Source: Minisyncoccota bacterium
GTDB taxonomy: Bacteria; Patescibacteriota; Minisyncoccia; Phycocordibacterales; UBA1550
Direction: 5' to 3'
Assembly (NCBI GenBank): GCA_041660105.1
Contig: JBAZWZ010000001.1
Coordinates: forward strand, 523-64,522
DNA: 64,000 bases
The notes beneath the pieces are model-generated. The model did not search any database, had not been told where the DNA came from, and saw only the letters and a program-made list of their open reading frames with translations. The first letter of the stretch is position 1. Every line of letters starts with the position of its first letter. Positions 58,456 to 64,000 of this stretch are shown in pieces. The translations under genes were made by a program, and so were the position numbers.

Positions 58456-58893
58456 TTAAATACTAATCTTAAGCCCACGTTCCACAACGCGAGGATTTGT
58501 CGAGGTAGCTGCACAAGAAGTGTTGTACCCGCGAGCTGTGGTTGTCGTCGCTGTCCCTTCCATAGCAACTATCACATTCACACAACCACCTTGTGCTCCG
58601 ACGTCTACCGTAAACGACCCGATTTGCGCGATAGGGTCCCAGCCTGCTATCACCGCACCAAAACAAGATGCTGAAGGGGTTGGATGAAGCTCCCAATAGA
58701 GAGCACACTCAATCCCAGAATCAGCTGCAGCAAAAGCGATTTGTGTTTGTTTCCAAAATGAAGCAAAGAGCATCTCTTTGTAGGTGCGTTCATACACACC
58801 GAGCCCAATAGCCAACGCAGCGCCACCAACCAAAATAGCAATGAGTAGCACAGAGCCTCTGTTGTATAGTTTGTGTTTAATCATATTTGCCAA
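58456..58893 (-). CDS. Pilus-associated hypothetical membrane protein
   Basis: 145 aa; N-terminal TM; sits at the 3' end of the minor pilin operon. Confidence 0.4.
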   Translation of the reverse strand: MANMIKHKLYNRGSVLLIAILVGGAALAIGLGVYERTYKEMLFASFWKQTQIAFAAADSGIECALYWELHPTPSASCFGAVIAGWDPIAQIGSFTVDVGAQGGCVNVIVAMEGTATTTTARGYNTSCAATSTNPRVVERGLKISI

Positions 58894-59474
58894 TTAAAAA
58901 TATTCTCGGAAAAAGCGACGGTTCCCGTGTCTCCTCCTGTTCTCCATGTGACAGTCGAAGTAACATTCTTTTCAATCCCCGCCACAACATCTGCTATCGT
59001 CACTGTCCTCGTAAACTGAGTCGTGGTTGCGGTTACGGTCCCTTGCTCATATAGTCCTGTACCGCTGTCAATATACACGTTTGAATCAGTGAGTAATACA
59101 ACTGGCGGGTCGTTTTTTAGATTGACCATATAATTTCCAGCGGTGATATTTGTGTCCCATGCTCCCACTGCTAGCATGTTGCTATCTCTCACTTGCCGCA
59201 CGGCTTCAATCCCCTCTTGAGCAAGATTGATTGCGATCATTTGGTCTTTTGAATAATAAAGTTTATGAGTTGCATCTCCAATAAGTGAGATGGGCCCAAC
59301 AACCGCAACGAGTAATATTGAGATTGCGATAAGGGTTTCAATGAGGGTGAATGCGCGAGTACGCGCACAACTGACCACTGACAACTTACAACTTACGGCA
59401 GATTTTCGCATAGCGAAAATCTGCTTATTGGGTATCAGTTGTTCTTTATTAGTTGTTAGTTGTGTATTCAGCAT
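58881..59474 (-). CDS. Type IV minor pilin-like protein (A|FTLIE prepilin motif)
   Basis: RTRAFTLIETLIAISILLVAVVG. The true start is probably an in-frame GTG shortly before the motif. The upstream ORF extension covers a conserved hairpin and repeat leader. Confidence 0.6.
   Translation of the reverse strand: MLNTQLTTNKEQLIPNKQIFAMRKSAVSCKLSVVSCARTRAFTLIETLIAISILLVAVVGPISLIGDATHKLYYSKDQMIAINLAQEGIEAVRQVRDSNMLAVGAWDTNITAGNYMVNLKNDPPVVLLTDSNVYIDSGTGLYEQGTVTATTTQFTRTVTIADVVAGIEKNVTSTVTWRTGGDTGTVAFSENIFNWQI
59398..59424 (-). promoter_or_regulatory. Conserved leader hairpin upstream of minor pilin 1
   Basis: gcagattttcgcatagcgaaaatctgc, paralogous to 60721-60745, flanked by CAACTGAC / CAACTAAC repeats. 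Confidence 0.5.
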
Positions 59475-59515
59475 TTTGTCAGTTGTTAGTGGTCAGTGGT
59501 CAGTTGTTCCTATCC

Positions 59516-60118
59516 CTAATTATCATTTACTCGCTGTGTTATCGTGGTCTGCACTTTAAATCCAGTAGCGACACCTCCTGCATTAATATTACCATCAATA
59601 ACGACAGTCGCCATTGGTTGCTTGGTATCAGGCGCTAAAAAAATTGCACTCCCTGAAACATAGACTTGGAAATTTGTAATAGTGATCTCTGGGGAAGTCG
59701 CTTGAATTATGGGCTCCACTCCAACAGAGCGCCAAATGGCGCCGTCAGCCAAAGAATATTGTACTCTTTCTCCCGCCTGGTTGGTGAAAAATAATGTGTT
59801 TCCAGCCGCACCAGAAGTAGGGCAATCATTCACTGCATTTAGTGCTCCCCCGCCATCCCCACACCAATAACTTGTCCCTGTCTTAATATTTCGCGACATA
59901 TCCTCAAGAGCAATATTGAGATTGTCGGCTGCGATTCGCACTGCACGGGACTTCCTGTCTGATTGTACGACAGACAATAGACTGCTGGTTGCTATAAACA
60001 TTACAATAGTAAATAGCCCCAAGGATACGGTCATCTCAATAAGGGTAAACCCGCCTAAGTTTTTCTTTCGAGAAAAATTTTGGTGGGTGAAGCCATTTTT
60101 TGCGCGTAAATTTTTCAT
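59516..60118 (-). CDS. Type IV pilin-like protein (G|FTLIE)
   Basis: LGGFTLIEMTVSLGLFTIVMF canonical class III signal; the start codon is uncertain because the leader in the long ORF is 23 aa. Confidence 0.65.
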   Translation of the reverse strand: MKNLRAKNGFTHQNFSRKKNLGGFTLIEMTVSLGLFTIVMFIATSSLLSVVQSDRKSRAVRIAADNLNIALEDMSRNIKTGTSYWCGDGGGALNAVNDCPTSGAAGNTLFFTNQAGERVQYSLADGAIWRSVGVEPIIQATSPEITITNFQVYVSGSAIFLAPDTKQPMATVVIDGNINAGGVATGFKVQTTITQRVNDN

Positions 60119-60119
60119 A

Positions 60120-60845
60120 TTACTGGATCGAGATTTGTCCCGCTTTTGTTATCTTCACTACAGCAGTCCTTCCAGAAATGGAATCAGATATGGTAATAGA
60201 GACAAAACTGAAAGAGATAATTGGGTTCTCGACACTTTCGGCAATAAACGCGTCTGGATTGGGACGTCTAAAAGTAACATTTGCTATATTGTAACTACAG
60301 GGAGTTCCCCCGCACGAAAGCTCTGTAATAGCGATATTGTTTGTCCAATTCACGCTGACATTTTGAAGATTGGCGTCAATCCCATTGTCATACACACGGT
60401 TGCTATTAAGATCAGCAAATACAACAACGCCATTTGCTCCCTGAGAAAAGTGTACTCCATAGGAGCAATCAAATGTTGTCACGCCTCCTGCGCATACCGT
60501 TCCACTCCCCTTTGCCCCTGCTCCATACACTTGCGCCTGACGAAGCGCGAGGACAATATTTTCAGACGCATTGGCAAAAAGTGCATTTGAATCGTAATTG
60601 CGATAATTTGAAAGCACAACTCCTGTCAATAACATAAAGACACCGATGACGATAAGAATTTCGACGAGGGTGAATGCGCGATTACGCACACAACTGACAT
60701 TTGACAACTGACAACTGACCGCAGATTTTCGCGTCGCGAAAATCTGCTTGTAATATGTCCGCATAGCGGCCTGCCCCGTAGGAAGTAGGCTCTTTTTAGC
60801 CGTAAGTTCCAGCGGGGTGTCAGTTGTCAGTTGTTCTTTAATCAT
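60120..60845 (-). CDS. Type IV minor pilin-like protein (A|FTLVE)
   Basis: RNRAFTLVEILIVIGVFMLL. A GTG four codons upstream of the motif would give a 5-aa MRNRA leader. Confidence 0.6.
   Translation of the reverse strand: MIKEQLTTDTPLELTAKKSLLPTGQAAMRTYYKQIFATRKSAVSCQLSNVSCVRNRAFTLVEILIVIGVFMLLTGVVLSNYRNYDSNALFANASENIVLALRQAQVYGAGAKGSGTVCAGGVTTFDCSYGVHFSQGANGVVVFADLNSNRVYDNGIDANLQNVSVNWTNNIAITELSCGGTPCSYNIANVTFRRPNPDAFIAESVENPIISFSFVSITISDSISGRTAVVKITKAGQISIQ
60721..60745 (-). promoter_or_regulatory. Conserved leader hairpin upstream of minor pilin 2
   Basis: gcagattttcgcgtcgcgaaaatctgc with flanking caactgacaactgac repeats. Confidence 0.5.
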
Positions 60846-61651
60846 ACAAAGGTGAAGAAATTAATCGACCCGTCAAAAAAGTTTACCCCTGTAAAGTATA
60901 CAATAAATACGGCTAAAATAAGGAACGGCCCAAATGGGATTTCGCTCTGAAGAGTGAGGATGTGCTTTCTCTTGTGCATCACTTTTTGCGCGCCCATCAC
61001 CACGAGCGCGTACACTGCTCCAATCCAAAACGCGAGCATTATTGCCGAGCCACCGAGCGTCGCACCGAGGAACCAGCCGATGCCGAGCGCGAGCTTGCCA
61101 TCACCGAGTCCGAGCCATCGCCCCTGCGACACAAACCAGAGCGCCCAAAACGGAAAAAAGAGCATCGGCCCAGCAATAAGTGTCCAGTAGTATGGATTAT
61201 GAAATGCGAGGGCAAATGTGGGAACTTTAAGAAAAAACTGGGTAAGTCCAAGTACTGCAAAAAGTGCTGCAAGTCCATCTGGAATTATTTGATGACGAAG
61301 ATCGTACACCGCGATCACGATGAGTGTCGAAAAGATAAAAAGAAGAATAGTTGTTTCAAGTGCTGATTTGTTGAGCAAAAATACTGCGACAAACATAAAC
61401 CCCGTGAGCGCTTCCACTATAGGATACTGCCACGAGAGTCGCACTTTGCACATTGCACACCGTCCACCTGAAATGAGAAAACTAATGAGGGGAATGAGGT
61501 CTCGCGGAGTTAAAACCTTTCCGCACGAGAAACAATGAGATCGCCCCGTGAGTGGTGACGTGCCACTATTGTAACGATAAATCACAACATTCAAAAAACT
61601 ACCAATAATTGTACCGAAGATAAATACGAAAGTAAGTGTTAAAAAATCCAT
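60842..61651 (-). CDS. pilD: Prepilin peptidase (A24 family)
   Basis: 269 aa; N-terminal CxxC..CxxC Zn motif (CFSCG..CAMCK); polytopic. Confidence 0.85.
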   Translation of the reverse strand: MDFLTLTFVFIFGTIIGSFLNVVIYRYNSGTSPLTGRSHCFSCGKVLTPRDLIPLISFLISGGRCAMCKVRLSWQYPIVEALTGFMFVAVFLLNKSALETTILLFIFSTLIVIAVYDLRHQIIPDGLAALFAVLGLTQFFLKVPTFALAFHNPYYWTLIAGPMLFFPFWALWFVSQGRWLGLGDGKLALGIGWFLGATLGGSAIMLAFWIGAVYALVVMGAQKVMHKRKHILTLQSEIPFGPFLILAVFIVYFTGVNFFDGSINFFTFV

Positions 61652-61724
61652 ACTATTATATTATCACAAAATACAAAATCCCGCCCTGTTCAGCCGAACA
61701 GTGGCGGGATTTTGTATTACTAGA

Positions 61725-62228
61725 CTAATTACTACTACAGGTATCAATAGTGATTGCATCAGCAATATCCTCTCCAGAAGCATACGTATAAGACCTTGAA
61801 CTACCAACACTGTCAGTACACCATGAATCAGGGAGTGCGTCCGTATTATCTACAAACGTCTTAAGCTGCACCGCAACTGCCCAAGAGTCCGCAAGGGCGA
61901 CGCACTGGCTGTTCGCCCTACCACCTGCGAGTTCATAAGCAGCGCTGACCATTGAAAATATTTTTTCGTCCGCAAAAATGTTTCCTGTTGTGGTTGCACT
62001 TGGACACAAATTCAAAGCGAAGTCATTTGAGGGGGTCGCATACACTTGCCCATTGTCGTCATACCAGATACTCGACTGGATACGAATACTCGTAAGGTCC
62101 GACTTGATGCCCGCATCAGCACCTTTCAATCGTGCAGAGTTGAGTGACGCGAGAACTACTGATGCGAGGATACCGATGATTGCGATAACAACCAAGAGTT
62201 CGATAAGGGTGAATCCGCTTTTTTTCAT
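61725..62228 (-). CDS. Type IV major pilin
   Basis: MKKSGFTLIELLVVIAIIGILASVVLASLNSAR; C-terminal Cys pair. Confidence 0.85.
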   Translation of the reverse strand: MKKSGFTLIELLVVIAIIGILASVVLASLNSARLKGADAGIKSDLTSIRIQSSIWYDDNGQVYATPSNDFALNLCPSATTTGNIFADEKIFSMVSAAYELAGGRANSQCVALADSWAVAVQLKTFVDNTDALPDSWCTDSVGSSRSYTYASGEDIADAITIDTCSSN

Positions 62229-62410
62229 AAATATTTTGATGTGCTAACGGTTATTGAATAGTAACCTAATTGTACAAGAGAACAATATAAATGTAAACGG
62301 AAAACCTAAGTTATGCACACATACACAATAACACCCAGCCTATCCGTAGACAGGCTGGGTGTTATGTATGAGCGATTAACTCAAGAGAAAAGTGAATCTC
62401 TTAGACGAGA

Positions 62411-62941
62411 TTAAGGACAAACGTACTGGTTAGTTCCAGATCCTGTAAGTCCAGTAGTTGACGCTGACTTACCCGTACTGTCAACACACCAGAATGAAGC
62501 TCCGTTTACGGTCTTCAAAGGAACAGCTGCAGCCCACTGGGTAGCCTCGGCATGGCAAGTTGCAACAGTTGCTGATGATGCAGTTGTAGTTGCAGAATCA
62601 TATGTTGCTCCTGCTGCTGTAGCGGCTCCTGTTACCATAGAACTAATACCACCAGCAGCTGTACAAACACCAGTGTAAGTCTGGTTACCTTGAGTAGCAT
62701 TATCATAGAAAAGCTCTGCTTGTGCGCGAGCGTTTGCGAGACCTGACTTGATAGCTGCATCAGCACCCTTTGAACGTGCAGAGTTAAGTGATGCCAAAAC
62801 TACAGACGCGAGGATACCGATGATTGCGATAACAACCAAGAGTTCGATAAGTGTAAAACCTTTTGATTTCATATTTTTTATAAAACTAATAACCTTTAAC
62901 CTAATAAATACTTTTTGTATAAGAGAGAGCGGCATGGCCAT
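62411..62941 (-). CDS. Type IV major pilin paralog 1 (probable true start at the internal MKSKGFTLIE, about 62872)
   Basis: N-terminal 110 aa identical to paralog 2. The upstream 23 codons of the long ORF lie in the shared 5' UTR. Confidence 0.8.
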   Translation of the reverse strand: MAMPLSLIQKVFIRLKVISFIKNMKSKGFTLIELLVVIAIIGILASVVLASLNSARSKGADAAIKSGLANARAQAELFYDNATQGNQTYTGVCTAAGGISSMVTGAATAAGATYDSATTTASSATVATCHAEATQWAAAVPLKTVNGASFWCVDSTGKSASTTGLTGSGTNQYVCP

Positions 62942-62968
62942 CGGCCGCCCTCTCTACCATACCCAGAT

Positions 62969-62998
62969 ATTGTACCATTTGTGAGGTTTGGGGTGCAA
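62969..62998 (-). promoter_or_regulatory. Putative sigma-70 promoter of pilin paralog 1
   Basis: Minus strand TTGCAC - 18 nt - TACAAT; an identical element sits at 63658-63687 for paralog 2. Confidence 0.4.
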
Positions 62999-63099
62999 CT
63001 CCAAAAGGCTGTCAGTAAAACACCCAGTCTGTCCGTGGACAGGCTGGGTGTTTTGTATGAGTGATTAACTCAAGAGAGAAGTGATTCTCCTACGCGAGA

Positions 63100-63630
63100 C
63101 TAGTTACAAACTGAGTCATTAGAACCACCAAGAACAACTGCTGTCTGCTCTGACTTACCAGAACTATCGACGCACCAGAATAATGTTGTTGATGCCTTCA
63201 TTGGTACTGATGCTGCCCAGGCATCACCAGTTGCTGACTCGTGACAAATTGCCTCGCCGGCCGCCTGAAGAGTTGTTGTTGAGGTATCGAAGGTTGCCCC
63301 AGAAGCAGAGACGGCTCCTGCAACCATTGTTGAAATACCACCAGTCTCTGTACAAACACCAGTGTAAGTCTGGTTACCTTGAGTAGCATTATCATAGAAA
63401 AGCTCTGCTTGTGCGCGAGCGTTTGCGAGACCTGACTTGATAGCTGCATCAGCACCCTTTGAACGTGCAGAGTTAAGTGATGCCAAAACTACAGACGCGA
63501 GGATACCGATGATTGCGATAACAACCAAGAGTTCGATAAGTGTAAAACCTTTTGATTTCATATTTTTTATAAAACTAATAACCTTTAACCTAATAAATAC
63601 TTTTTGTATAAGAGAGAGCGGCATGGCCAT
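63100..63630 (-). CDS. Type IV major pilin paralog 2 (probable true start at 63561, MKSKGFTLIE)
   Basis: Tandem duplicate at a 689-bp period; C-terminal 60 aa diverge from paralog 1. Confidence 0.8.
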   Translation of the reverse strand: MAMPLSLIQKVFIRLKVISFIKNMKSKGFTLIELLVVIAIIGILASVVLASLNSARSKGADAAIKSGLANARAQAELFYDNATQGNQTYTGVCTETGGISTMVAGAVSASGATFDTSTTTLQAAGEAICHESATGDAWAASVPMKASTTLFWCVDSSGKSEQTAVVLGGSNDSVCN

Positions 63631-63657
63631 CGGCCGCCCTCTCTACCATACCTGCAT

Positions 63658-63687
63658 ATTGTACCATTTGTGAGGTTTGGGGTGCAA
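63658..63687 (-). promoter_or_regulatory. Putative sigma-70 promoter of pilin paralog 2
   Basis: TTGCAC - 18 nt - TACAAT on the minus strand. Confidence 0.4.
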
Positions 63688-63732
63688 GCCTTTTAGGTGG
63701 AATATGGGATTTGGAAATTGGAATATGGAGAA

Positions 63733-63765
63733 GGAACGCCGTTGCGCAAAGCGCAACGGCGTTCC
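63733..63765. terminator. Bidirectional terminator downstream of pilC
   Basis: ggaacgccgttgcgc aaa gcgcaacggcgttcc, set inside a longer symmetric region 63690-63800. Confidence 0.7.
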
Positions 63766-63801
63766 TTCCAAATCCCAAATCCTATATTCTAAATTCCACC
63801 C

Positions 63802-64000
63802 CTAAACATTCCCTGCGATCTGATAAATAGGGATGAGCACTGATGCAAGCACGCCACCCACGCCGATACCGAGCGCCACGATCATCACCGGCTCAATCAT
63901 AGAAATCACCGTATTAATAGCATTCTGGACCTCGCGCTGATAAAAGACTGAGAGTTTCTGGAGAATATTGCCGAGTTCTCCCGTTTCCTCGCCCACCTTC
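63802..64000 (-). CDS. pilC: Type IV pilus assembly protein PilC / GspF family, C-terminal fragment (continues beyond the window)
   Basis: MGEETGELGNILQKLSVFYQREVQNAINTVISMIEPVMIVALGIGVGGVLASVLIPIYQIAGNV matches the PilC/GspF C-terminus. Confidence 0.75.
   Translation of the reverse strand, partial: KVGEETGELGNILQKLSVFYQREVQNAINTVISMIEPVMIVALGIGVGGVLASVLIPIYQIAGNV

Noticed and set aside
59516-60118. Calling the 23-aa N-terminal extension of the G|FTLIE pilin a genuine long leader peptide
   Set aside because: Class III signal peptides are normally 5-10 aa. An internal near-cognate start closer to the motif is more likely, but no specific start codon could be pinned, so only the ORF-track coordinates are given.

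Overview
The 64-kb window is almost entirely coding and is transcribed predominantly on the minus strand. Gene content suggests a small-genome, pilin-rich bacterium, possibly Patescibacteria/CPR-like; that lineage call is an inference from gene content only.

Right to left the housekeeping genes are:
- nrdAB, class I ribonucleotide reductase
- an ECF sigma / anti-sigma pair
- a MacAB-HlyD-type ABC efflux set
- a P1B-type metal ATPase
- a Pif1-like helicase
- a complete cyoABCDE cytochrome bo3 quinol-oxidase operon, plus an NDH-2/SQR-like flavoprotein
- a 1415-aa PAS/GAF sensor histidine kinase
- msrAB, aroK, pyrG, ftsEX, prfB, gatCA, ligA
- a type IV pilus cluster: several pilins, prepilin peptidase, and the C-terminus of PilC at the window edge

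Seven tRNA genes are present: Gln(CTG), Thr(CGT), Thr(GGT), Asp(GTC) and two CAT-anticodon tRNAs.

The most unusual region is the left ~3 kb, downstream of nrdB. It contains a ThsB-like TIR-like (DUF1863) gene immediately followed by a small 3-TM SLATT-like membrane protein, a terminator, an AbrB-family regulator plus CPBP/Abi intramembrane protease pair, and then a non-CRISPR tandem array. The array has four ~45-60-bp conserved elements at a ~157-bp period, each followed by a different near-perfect palindrome. I read this as a candidate small defence island.

Other notable loci:
- a PaaX-like (Cas2-like C-terminal) membrane regulator bracketed by direct copies of a 38-bp palindrome
- a solo Cas4-like Fe-S PD-(D/E)xK nuclease beside tRNA-Gln
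- a tRNA-Asp locus with several partial tRNA-Asp-derived copies and conserved-end hairpins
- an AT-rich HTH-LAGLIDADG-like gene abutting a tRNA
- a membrane-anchored HEPN-like (Rx4H) protein
- a recurring GACTTT-octamer intergenic repeat family
- conserved hairpin plus CAACTGAC-repeat leaders upstream of two minor pilin genes

No rRNA, no canonical CRISPR-cas, and no intact transposase or integrase were seen.
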